Shown here: piece by piece, positions 30,377 through 41,209 of the stretch
Layout: every line of letters starts with the position of its first letter
How positions within the stretch are numbered: the first letter of the stretch is position 1
Notes under the pieces: model-generated
Seen by the model: the letters and a program-made list of their open reading frames with translations, nothing else
Database searches by the model: none
Told to the model about the DNA's origin: nothing
Source: Eledone cirrhosa
Lineage: Eukaryota
Direction of reading: 5' to 3'
Length of the DNA stretch: 64,000 nucleotides
Assembly (NCBI GenBank): GCA_964016885.1
Contig: OZ024741.1
Span: forward strand, 27,094,001 to 27,158,000
Translations under genes and position numbers: made by a program

Positions 30377-31123
30377 GAATAAGGAAAAGCGAAGTAGTTT
30401 CAGATGTTCAAGTCTTTTAATAATAATGCTGTGATATATATTTCAATCTAGATTCTCACTTGTAAATTTTTAATTTTTAATTTTTAATTATTAATTTTTA
30501 ATTTTTAATTTTTAATATTTGATTTCTGATTTTCGATTTTTAATTTTTAATTTTTAGTTCTAATTTCCAACTCTCATTCATAACTTCCACTGTGAAACCA
30601 TGATACCGAGAATTAAGTATATTTTCTCTTAGAGGTTGATGGTCAATTATACTGTCCATGCTTAATGAGGGGTAGTATTGAGACCTATTGATACTCACAC
30701 TCTCCCATTCTCACTGGCTTTCGGTTGACTGCCACAGACGGGGTGGCTAGCAGTAAGCTATATATAACAGGCCTGAATGGGTCATTGTTTGGTTCAGAGG
30801 GGAAATGACTAAGCGAATTTCGTTGAAATCTGCGGTAGCTAATGGTCAACTTCCTTCAGACCTGCGCCTATGCAGACCGGTGGGGATGAATTGGTACTCA
30901 CAAGGGAACGGATGAAGAACCCAAGAGCACGCACTTCGTCCATTCCCATGTCGATTCAATTTGGATTGCCTCGGAAACATAACCTTATTATGTAACGAGC
31001 TGTCTGACGATCTCGCGGCACTGGCGCACAGTACAGTGTGGCCACTGTCGCCATTGAAATATATATCACAGCATTATTATTAAAAGACTTGAACATCTGA
31101 AACTACTTCGCTTTTCCTTATTC
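30377..31123 (+). mobile_element. Non-coding element with perfect 71-bp inverted repeats and a hammerhead-like motif (Penelope-like pLTR/retrozyme candidate)
   Basis: 30377-30447 is the exact reverse complement of 31053-31123. The right arm begins inside the hammerhead-like motif. Internal hairpin GGGAACGGATGAAG/CTTCGTCCATTCCC at 30904-30947. Confidence 0.65.
30999..31072 (+). ncRNA. Type I hammerhead-like motif (variant stem II base)
   Basis: GCTGT-CTGACGA-[long stem II GCGGCACTGGC/GCCACTGTCGC]-GAAA-TATATA-TC-ACAGC. Stem I GCTGT/ACAGC, palindromic stem III, AUC site. The closing pair of stem II is non-canonical. Confidence 0.55.
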
Positions 31124-31240
31124 TATAGATATATATACATAGGTAGTTTTCAACCAGATTTTAGAATTTGGAATATACCGATGTCTGGTTGTTGTTTTTT
31201 TTAACATACACACACACTCTCACATACACATACATACATA

Positions 31241-31439
31241 CGAGGAGGTGCTGAAAAGTTCCTGACTTTGGGTAAAAGAAAATACAGGAGGATCAGTTAA
31301 TTATGATTTTATTCAACATATTCCCGTCTTAGATTTACACACTTATTGCAACGGTCCTTCAGTTTTTCTAAGCCCTGTAAACAGAACTTGGAAGGCCTCT
31401 GTAGCAGTGATCAAGCTGGGAACTTATCAGCACCCTTCA
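31241..31439. mobile_element. mariner-derived MITE
   Basis: TA|CGAGGAGGTGCTGAAAAGTTCC ... GGAACTTATCAGCACCCTTCA|TA: ~27-bp imperfect TIRs with TA flanks. Confidence 0.8.
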
Positions 31440-31621
31440 TACATATATACATACACACACATGTACATATAAATGAACAACACATATATGTGTGTGTGTT
31501 GAATATATATATATGTGTGTGTGTGTACATATATATTTGTTAGGTATTTCCATAGAAAAGTTAAAGGAAAGTAGCGTGCTCCATGTATAGTACAGAGCTA
31601 TTTAATTATATAATAAATAAC

Positions 31622-31763
31622 TGTTTCTACTTTTGGCACAAGGCCAGCAATTATCCAGTGCATTACTGGTACTTTATTTTATCGACCCCCGTAAGGATGA
31701 AAGGCAAAGTTGACCTCAGCGGGATTTGAACCCAGAATGGAAAGGGCCGTAGCTCTATGCGTC
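31622..31763 (-). mobile_element. 5'-truncated tRNA-derived SINE with an 18-bp target-site duplication
   Basis: Minus strand has B box GGTTCAAATCC then TTTGCCTTTCATCCTTACGGGGGTCGATAAAATAAAGTACCAG (homologous to 50189-50506). Flanked by AATTATATAATAAATAAC at 31604-31621 and 31764-31781. Confidence 0.88.
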
Positions 31764-31764
31764 A

Positions 31765-31947
31765 ATTATATAATAAATAACACAATTTAATTATTCCATT
31801 ACTGAAGGTTTCACAAAATAAGACAATTCTAACAGAAATGTCTAGTTCATTTATCTGACGAACGAACTAGACATTTCTGTTAGAATCATCTTATTTCGTG
31901 AAACCTTGAGTAATGGAATAATTAAATTGTGTTGTTTATTATATAAT
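31765..31947. repeat. ~183-bp fold-back palindrome containing a hammerhead
   Basis: Arms of ~87 bp are near-perfect reverse complements around a ~9-nt loop TATCTGACG. Confidence 0.92.
31850..31917 (+). ncRNA. Type I hammerhead ribozyme motif
   Basis: TTTAT-CTGACGA-ACGAA...TTCGT-GAAA-CCTTGAG-TA-ATGGA. Canonical core, stem II closed by ACGAA/TTCGT, GUA site, weak stem I (two G-U) and short stem III. The 3' half is homologous to 37308-37345. Confidence 0.7.
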
Positions 31948-31948
31948 A

Positions 31949-32991
31949 CTAGCAGAGGTACCTGGCATTGCTCGGGTATTAAATATCAGTTGTGTATACC
32001 ATTTATGTCAATACTTCAGTGCTACTTGGAAAACTATACTTTTACAAAATCATTGGCTTTTTCTAAAAGAGGGTTCCTGCCCCCAGGGGTCCCCTACTCA
32101 ATATGTGCCAATTCTGAGAGTTCACATTCATCTGTAGGACAAACGTAGCCCATGTGTGAAGTTTTGTGAACTCCAGAAGTTATGACGTTTTGTTGCATTG
32201 CACTGCAGTGCTTCAGTCTACTCCAAGGAAGTGGTTAAAGGGGGTTATCTGCCGGGGTGCCCTATAATCAATATCTGTAAAAATGAAAGTGCCCATGACC
32301 ATCCGGAGGACATAAGTAATCTATGTCTTAAGTTTGGTGAAAATACTGTAGAAATGCATAAGGTTTATACACGCACGCGCTTGTGTGTGTGTGGGGGGTA
32401 TGTATTTGTGTGTGCGTATGTATGTGTATGTCCGTCGGGGCATACGTATGTAGTGGCCTAAATCTTCACTATATACCTTTACTATTTTAATAACCTCTGT
32501 CATTTTCGTTTTCAATTTTATTTACATCATTCTTAAACTCCGGGGCTGGAAATCATTGTTTTAAATAGAATATTAGTCTAACGACTCCATTTATACCATA
32601 AACTTGGTCTTGTCTTTGCATGAAATTGTTCTTCTCACTCCACATAACGATGTATTATCCTCGCTTTTTTTTCCGTTCATTGCCAGGGAACGTCTTCACG
32701 AACCAAAACATCGTCTTCCTGTTTTCGTTCGTTTTGAACGTTTCTCGAAATATTTACTTCTGCGTTCACAGATTACTCTCAGTTCAATTTGAATGGGAAA
32801 TTCCTGTTTCATCAATTTTCTCTGTAACCATGGAAGCTTGTAGCTTGAAAGTCGACCCAACACCTCCTCGGGTCATTTTGCATAACTGTGTAAATTTTCG
32901 CTGCATTCCACCAAGCCGTTTCGACGTTTAACCGACTACACCTACTTACTTAAATATACAACGTCCGACCACTTCCAATTTATATAGTAGA
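31949..32991 (-). mobile_element. Non-autonomous Helitron-like element
   Basis: Minus strand begins A|TCTACTATATA and ends with GC hairpin CCCGAGCAATGCCAGG followed by CTAG|T, matching Helitron termini and A/T insertion site. No ORF. Confidence 0.65.
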
Positions 32992-33009
32992 TGTATATAT
33001 ATATATATA

Positions 33010-33087
33010 CAGGGTGTCCCAAAAAAATGTATACACATATTTATTAGAATGCTGTTGAAGTGTGTATAGATATTTTGTGACACCCTG
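33010..33087. mobile_element. Tc1/mariner-type mini-MITE in (TA)n, copy 1
   Basis: CAGGGTGTCCCAAAAAAATGTATACAC ... GTGTATAGATATTTTGTGACACCCTG TIRs. The core ATATTTATTAGAATGCTGTTGAAG recurs inverted at ~40705. Confidence 0.75.
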
Positions 33088-33137
33088 TGTATAATATATA
33101 TATATATATATGTATGTATATATATATATGTGTGTGT

Positions 33138-33192
<55 letters not shown>

Positions 33193-33409
33193 CACATGTA
33201 TATATATATATATACGATATACTTAGACATACAAACATACATTTATATATACATATACATGTATTTCTATAGACAGTTAAAACTGCGAGTAATTGTTAGA
33301 ATGTTAATCAATAAAAGTGCACTAACAATTTTTGTAATTAATTAATCAGAATAATGTTAACTTTAACCCTAAACCATCCCTAGAATTAGTGATGGGGTAC
33401 ATTAACTAA

Positions 33410-36400
33410 CACATACATACTAATACACTATGGTATAGCTTACACTCACACACATACATACTAATACACTAAGGTGTAGCTTACACTCACACACATACAC
33501 ACTAATACACTAAGGTGTAGCTTACACTCACACACATACACACTAATACACTAAGGTGTAGCTTACACTCACACACATACATACTAATACACTAAGGTGT
33601 AGCTTACACTCACACACATACATACTAATACACTAAGGTGTAGCTTACACTCACACACATACATACTAATACACTAAGGTGTAGCTTACACTCACACACA
33701 TACATACTAATACACTAAGGTGTAGCTTACACTCACACACATACACACTAATGCACTAAGGTGTAGCTTACACTCACACACATACACACTAATACACTAT
33801 GGTATAGCTTACACTCACACACATACATACTAATACACTAAGGTGTAGCTTACACTCACACACATACACACTAATACACTAAGGTGTAGCTTACACTCAC
33901 ACATACACACTAATACACTAAGGTGTAGCTTACACTCACACACATACACACTAATACACTAAGGTGTAGCTTACACTCACACACATACACACTAATACAC
34001 TAAGGTGTAGCTTACACTCACACACATACACACTAATACACTAATACACTAAGGTGTAGCTTACACTCACACACATACACACTAATACACTAAGGTGTAG
34101 CTTACACTCACACACATACATACTAATACACTAAGGTGTAGCTTACACTCACACACATACATACTAATACACTAAGGTGTAGCTTACACTCACACACATA
34201 CACACTAATGCACTAAGGTGTAGCTTACACTCACACACATACACACTAATACACTATGGTATAGCTTACACTCACACACATACATACTAATACACTAAGG
34301 TGTAGCTTACACTCACACACATACACACTAATACACTAAGGTGTAGCTTACACTCACACATACACACTAATACACTAAGGTGTAGCTTACACTCACACAC
34401 ATACACACTAATACACTAAGGTGTAGCTTACACTCACACACATACACACTAATACACTAAGGTGTAGCTTACACTCACACACATACACACTAATACACTA
34501 ATACACTAAGGTGTAGCTTACACTCACACACATACACACTAATACACTAAGGTGTAGCTTACACTCACACACATACACACTAATACACTAAGGTGTAGCT
34601 TACACTCACACACATACATACTAATACACTAAGGTGTAGCTTACACTCACACACATACACACTAATACACTAAGGTGTAGCTTACACTCACACACATACA
34701 CACTAATACACTAAGGTGTAGCTTACACTCACACACATACACACTAATACACTAAGGTGTAGCTTACACTCACACACATACACACTAATACACTAAGGTG
34801 TAGCTTACACTCACACACATACACACTAATACACTAAGGTGTAGCTTACACTCACACACATACACACTAATACACTAAGGTGTAGCTTACACTCACACAC
34901 ATACACACTAATACACTAAGGTGTAGCTTACACTCACACACATACACACTAATACACTAAGGTGTAGCTTACACTCACATACATACACACTAATACACTA
35001 AGGTGTAGCTTACACTCACACACATACACACTAATACACTAAGGTGTAGCTTACACTCACACACATACACACTAATACACTAAGGTGTAGCTTACACTCA
35101 CACACATACACACTAATACACTAAGGTGTAGCTTACACTCACACACATACATACTAATACACTAAGGTGTAGCTTACACTCACACACATACACACTAATA
35201 CACTAGGGTGTAGCTTACACTCACACACATACACACTAATACACTAAGGTGTAGCTTACACTCACACACATACATACTAATACACTAAGGTGTAGCTTAC
35301 ACTCACACACATACATACTAATACACTAAGGTGTAGCTTACACTCACACACATACACACTAATACACTAAGGTGTAGCTTACACTCACACACATACATAC
35401 TAATACACTAAGGTGTAGCTTACACTCACACACATACATACTAATACACTAAGGTGTAGCTTACACTCACACACATACACACTAATACACTAAGGTGTAG
35501 CTTACACTCACACACATACACACTAATACACTAAGGTGTAGCTTACACTCACACACATACACACTAATACACTAAGGTGTAGCTTACACTCACACACATA
35601 CATACTAATACACTAAGGTGTAGCTTACACTCACACACATACACACTAATACACTAAGGTGTAGCTTACACTCACACACATACACACTAATACACTAAGG
35701 TGTAGCTTACACTCACACACATACATACTAATACACTAAGGTGTAGCTTACACTCACACACATACACACTAATACAATAAGGTGTAGCTTACACTCACAC
35801 ACATACATACTAATACACTAAGGTGTAGCTTACACTCACACACATACATACTAATACACTAAGGTGTAGCTTACACTCACACACATACATACTATTACAC
35901 TAAGGTGTAGCTTACACTCACACACATACACACTAATACACTAAGGTGTAGCTTACACTCACATTCATACACACTAATACACTAAGGTATAGCTTACACT
36001 CACACACATACACACTAATACACTAAGGTGTAGCTTACACTCACACACACTAATACACTAAGGTATAGCTTACACTCACACACATACACACTAATACACT
36101 AAGGTGTAGCTTACACTCACACACATACACACTAATACACTAAGGTGTAGCTTACACTCACACACATACACACTAATACACTAAGGTGTAGCTTACACTC
36201 ACACTCACTAATACACTAAGGTGTCGCTTACACTCACACACATACACACTAATACACAAAGGTGTAGCTTACACTCACACTCACTAATACACTAAGGTGT
36301 AGCTTACACTCACACACATACACACTAATACACTAAGGTGTAGCGTACACTCACACTCATACACACTAATACACTAAGGTATAGCTTACACTCACACACA

Positions 36401-37072
36401 TACACACTAATACACTAAGGTGTAGCTTACACTCACACACATACACACTAATACACTAAGGTGTAGCTTACACTCACACTCACTAATACACTAAGGTGTA
36501 GCTTACACTCACACACATACATACTAATACACTAAGGTGTAGCTTACACTCACACACATACACACTAATACACTAAGGTGTAGCTTACACTCACACACAT
36601 ACACACTAATACACTAAGGTGTAGCTTACACTCACACTCATACACACTAATACACTAAGGTGTAGCTTACACTCACACACATACACACTAATACACTAAG
36701 GTGTAGCTTACACTCACACTCATACATACTAATACACTAAGGTGTAGCTTACACTCACACACATACATACTATACACTAAGGTGTAGCTTACACTCACAC
36801 TCATACACACTAATACACTAAGGTGTAGCTTACACTCACACTCACTAATACACTAAGGTGTAGCTTACACTCACACACATACACACTAATACACTAAGGT
36901 GTAGCTTACACTCACACTCATACATACTAATACACTAAGGTGTAGCTTACACTCACACACATACACACTAATACACTAAGGTGTAGCTTACACTCACACA
37001 CATACACACTAATACACTAAGGTGTAGCTTACACTCACACACATACACACTAATACACTAAGGTGTAGCTAA
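33410..37072. repeat. 41-bp minisatellite (~89 copies)
   Basis: Unit ACACTAAGGTGTAGCTTACACTCACACACATACACACTAAT; period 41 (33471 to 33512). Confidence 0.98.
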
Positions 37073-37251
37073 CACACACACATAGGCACACACACATATA
37101 CACACACTATGTTGTTGGTTACACTGACATACATGCATGCACACACACATACACACACATACTATGTTGTGGGTTACCCTCACACACACACACACATCGA
37201 TGTACATGTGTGTGTGTGTGAGATATCATATGGTTATGATATCTTTTATCC

Positions 37252-37333
37252 ATAACATCTCTGTCTGACGACCGATCCAGGCGTATATTATTATTGTCTG
37301 GGAGCCAGAAACCTTTGGTAATGGAGTAGTTAT
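37252..37333 (+). ncRNA. Type I hammerhead-like motif (variant stem II base)
   Basis: ATAAC-AT-CTCTGT-CTGACGA-[CCAGGCG/TGTCTGG]-GAAA-CC-TTT-GG-TA-ATGGAG-TA-GTTAT. Extended stem I, 3-bp stem III, GUA site, ATTAAA downstream. The base of stem II is unpaired. Confidence 0.6.
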
Positions 37334-37407
37334 ATTTTGTGTTCACTTTCTAATTAAATAGCTCTGTTCTATACATAGAGCACTCTTTTTTCCTTCGGAT
37401 TTACCTA

Positions 37408-37438
<31 letters not shown>

Positions 37439-37442
37439 CACA

Positions 37443-37689
37443 AATGAGGTCGTGTAGGTGTCACGACAAAAAACACACAGTCCACGCTGTAATGTGGCCC
37501 TGTAGGTAACACGGTAAAAACCTCCCAGTCCACACTGTAAACGTGGTTGGTGTTAGGAAGGGCATCCAGCTGTAGAAAACCCGCCAGACAGTCCTATACG
37601 AGCAAGACAACCAATCTTGCCTCAAATGGGACAATTCCCGTCTAAACCCATGCTAGCGTGGAAGATTGACGTTAAACGATGATGATGAT
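37443..37689 (+). mobile_element. RTE LINE subfamily A, 3' UTR fragment
   Basis: Reverse complement of 37767-38027; ends in (GAT)n then (AT)n. Confidence 0.9.
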
Positions 37690-37708
37690 ATATATATATA
37701 TATACATA

Positions 37709-37766
<58 letters not shown>

Positions 37767-37772
<6 letters not shown>

Positions 37773-38918
37773 CATCATCGTTTAACATCTATCTTCCACG
37801 CTAGCATGGGTTTAGACGGCAATTGTCCCACTTGAGGCAAGATTGGTCGAGTGACTGTGTCTCGCTGGTATAGGACTGTCTGGCAGGTTTTCTACAACTG
37901 GATGCCCTTCCTAACACCAACCACATTTACAGTGTGGACTGGGAGGTTTTTACCGTGTTACCTACATGGCCACATTGCAGCATGGACTGTGTTTTTTTTT
38001 TGTCGTGATACCTACACAACCTCATTAGGTTGGACTGAATGTTGTGGCACCAACTTTACAGAGAAAGGGTGGTGTTGGTGGGAGTGGGAGGATGGAGTAG
38101 GTGTAGTGGGTTGGGGTCTATGTTTGGTTAAGAGGTGCCTACTGACTGTAGGTTTTGCTTTGTACTTAGGCAAGGCAGGTCTTCTGTATTACTGCGTGGC
38201 GCCAAAGATCTCGGTCCAGTGACATTGTCTTAGAGAGGTGTAAATGTGTAAGGACGGAATTTATCAAATCGTCCCAGGTTTTTCTGGGTCTACCTACTCT
38301 GTAACTTCCATCAATTTTGATCACCCTGCACTTTTTTATACAGCTGTCGTCTTTCATGCACATCATGTGACCATACCAACGTAGTCTTCTCTCGAGTAAA
38401 CAGCATCTGATCCCTCTTATTCCTAATTTCTCACTTAGTTCATTTATGCTTTGCCGTTCATGTATATTACTATTACACATCCAACGGAGCATGCATACTT
38501 TATTCCTTTCCAGTCTACACAGGTCCTCTGCACGTAATACCCATGTCTCACTGCCATGTAGCATTGCTGTTCGTATACAGGCATCATACAATCTGCCTTT
38601 CATTTTTAGAGAGAAACCTTTTATGGCCAACAGCGGTATAAGCTCTCTGAACGTTTTCCATCCAGTTCTGACTCTGGCTACTGTACTTTCAGAGCACCCT
38701 CCACCACTGAAGATTTTGTCACCCAGGTAACAGAAAGTGTCCACTATTTCTATAGAACCATCTGGGCAATAGAAGGAGCTAGTATCCTGTGGGCACTTGC
38801 TACTTATTGCACCTGAACATCGGCCACATATAAAATGTACATTCTTAGATAGTTTACCTGTGATCCCACTACATTTTTTATTATGTACCCATAGTTTGCA
38901 TTTGGGACATAAAATGGA
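37767..38918 (-). mobile_element. 5'-truncated RTE LINE (subfamily A): PHD-like finger, RT C-terminal region and 3' UTR
   Basis: Translation has VDTFCYLG...[12 protein letters not shown]...[17 protein letters not shown]...RRLRWYGH...GRPRKTW, typical of the RTE ORF C-terminus. (GAT)n tail; (AT)n on both sides. Confidence 0.93.
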
Positions 38919-38941
38919 ATATATATATATATATACATATA

Positions 38942-38973
<32 letters not shown>

Positions 38974-39125
38974 CATATATATATATACATATATATATAC
39001 ATATATATATATACATATATATACATATATATATACATATACATATATATATACATATATATATATACACATATATACATATATATATATATACATATAT
39101 ATACATATATATATATATACATATA

Positions 39126-40020
39126 TCATCATCATCATCATCATCATCATCGCCGTTTTACGTCCGTTCTTCCATGCTAGCATGGGTTAGACGGGTTGTC
39201 CTGTTGTGGGCAGTGTCTGGTCGGCTGACCATGCCTTGCTCATACAGGAACTGATTTTGGCTTGATTTCTACAGCTGAATGCCCTTCCTAACACCAACTT
39301 CATTTACAGTGTGTGCTGGGTGCTTTTTTGCCGTGGCACCTCCATGACCACCTTGCAGTGGAAGGGTGTGGGGGCTTATTGTCTATATGCTTCAGCTTGT
39401 ACCCATGGGAGGTCGGGTATTCTGTATTACTGCATGACGCCAGAGGTCACGGTCGTGTGTCATCGTCTTTGAGAGGTGTAATTGGGTAAGGTCGGCTTTT
39501 ATCACGTCATCCCAGGTCTTCTTGGGTCTCCCCACTCCACGGTTTCCATTGACTTCTAGTGCTCTGCACCTTTTTATGCAGCTGTCATCCTTCATACGCA
39601 TCACATGTCCATACCAACGCAACCGCCTCTCCTGCACACAGCATTTGATTCCTCTTATGCTTAGTCTCTCTCTCAATTCATTTATGCTTTGTCGTTCGCG
39701 TATATTACTATTACACATCCATCGGAGCATGCAGGCTTCATTTCTTTCTAATCTACGTAAGTCTTCCATCTTCAGCGCCCAGGTCTCACTACCATGTAAC
39801 ATTGCTGTTCGGATACATGCATCATACAGTCTGCCTTTCATTTTGAGGGAGAAGCCTTTTGCAGCTGGCAGTTGCAGTAGTTCCCTGAACTTCTTCCATC
39901 CCGTTCTTACCCTAGTTATTGTACTTTCTGAACACCCACCTCCGCTGCTAATTCGGTCACCTAGGTAGCAGAAGCTGTCTACTGTTTCTACAGGGCCCTC
40001 CCAGAGATTGGTGGTACTTG
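39126..40020 (-). mobile_element. 5'-truncated RTE LINE (subfamily B)
   Basis: ORF 39392-40045 has VDSFCYLGD...HGSETW...RRLRWYGHV...GRPKKTW. Near-identical to 61269-62136, with a 3' UTR distinct from subfamily A. Confidence 0.93.
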
Positions 40021-40031
40021 TTTCCTGTGGC

Positions 40032-40180
40032 TTTCCATCGCACATATTATTAAACCCTTAATATCATTCTTAATACATATTAACTTTTTCTTTTCCATCG
40101 CACATGTTATTAAACCCTTAAATATTATTCTTAATACATATTAACATTTTCTTTTCATCGCACATATTATTAAACGCCTC
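40032..40180. repeat. ~60-bp tandem repeat, about 2.5 copies
   Basis: TTTCCATCGCACATATTATTAAACCCTTA... recurs at ~40032, ~40092 and ~40152. Confidence 0.85.
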
Positions 40181-40532
40181 AATATACAAACCTTAACTTT
40201 ACATTATTTTTCTCTTCGTTAATTTTCAAATTCTTTTTTTTAATTTATACATTATCTTCCAACGGTTTTCAACCTCTCTATGTAAAACAATATATTTTTC
40301 TCAGTTATAAAAGCTATCTCTCTCTCTCTATCACCCATCTCTCCTCCTATCTCATCCTTCCTCATTATACTCCTCCCTCTCCACTTTTTACTCTCATCCC
40401 CTCCTCTTTTTTATCCCCCCCCCCCCCAAATAAATATTTTTCCCAATATCACACATCAATCTAAAACTACTTTTCATATGTTGATTTAAAACTGCACTAT
40501 CCACAAGTGTTTTTTAACCTTCATATCATGTC

Positions 40533-40614
40533 TTCCTGTTTTATCTGATGAAAACACAAATATTATTGCATGATGATATTTGTTTTTGAAATGCGCATAA
40601 TAAAATACATGGAA
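40533..40614 (+). ncRNA. Canonical type I hammerhead ribozyme with palindromic stem III
   Basis: Stem I TGTTTTAT/ATAAAATA (plus TTCC/GGAA), CTGATGA 40545-51, stem II AAA-C-ACAAATATTAT/ATGATATTTGT-T-TTT, GAAA 40588-91, stem III ATGCGCAT (self-complementary), AUA cleavage after 40599, overlapping AATAAA. Confidence 0.85.
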
Positions 40615-40666
40615 CTCTTTTAACCATCTTTTGTTCTTATATATTATATATATATATATATATATA

Positions 40667-40772
40667 CGGTGTGTGTGCCCCCCCCCACCCCAAATGTATA
40701 TATACTTCAACAGCATTCTAATAAATATTGCCTGTACAGGTAATCAAAGTGTGTATACATTTTTGGGACACC

Positions 40773-40775
<3 letters not shown>
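40667..40775. mobile_element. Tc1/mariner-type mini-MITE, copy 2 (degenerate left TIR)
   Basis: Right end GTGTATACATTTTTGGGACACCCTG; core is the reverse complement of copy 1; sits in (TA)n. Confidence 0.7.
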
Positions 40776-40776
<1 letters not shown>

Positions 40777-40833
<57 letters not shown>

Positions 40834-41055
40834 CGTATTAGTGCATGTATGTGTATGTATGTATATATGTGTGTGTGTGTTTGTATATATCTATGTATAT
40901 ATGTTTGTGTGTGTGTATGTATCTATGTATATATGTTTGTGTGTATGTGTGTTTGTGTGTGTGTATGTATGTATGTATGTATGTATATGTTTGTGTGTGT
41001 GTCTGTATGTATATATGTATGTATATGTGTTTGTGTGTGTGTGTATGTGTGTGTT

Positions 41056-41086
<31 letters not shown>

Positions 41087-41145
41087 ATATGTTTGTGTGT
41101 ATGTGTGTGTGTTTGTGTGTGTATATATGTATGTAGGTAGGTATG
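40777..41145. repeat. Compound (TA)n/(TG)n/(TATG)n microsatellite
   Basis: Direct inspection. Confidence 0.95.
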
Positions 41146-41209
41146 TGGGAGAGTGTAAGTAACGTTTCCCTGAAGTATTGGTATATCACCAACAATGAAA
41201 TAACAGGAA

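Noticed and set aside
33363-33383. Telomere-like TAACCCTAAACCATCCCTA
   Set aside because: Only about three degenerate units; insufficient support.
33410-37072. CRISPR-like array (palindromic repeat core)
   Set aside because: The intervening sequences are identical rather than unique spacers; no cas genes; eukaryotic context.
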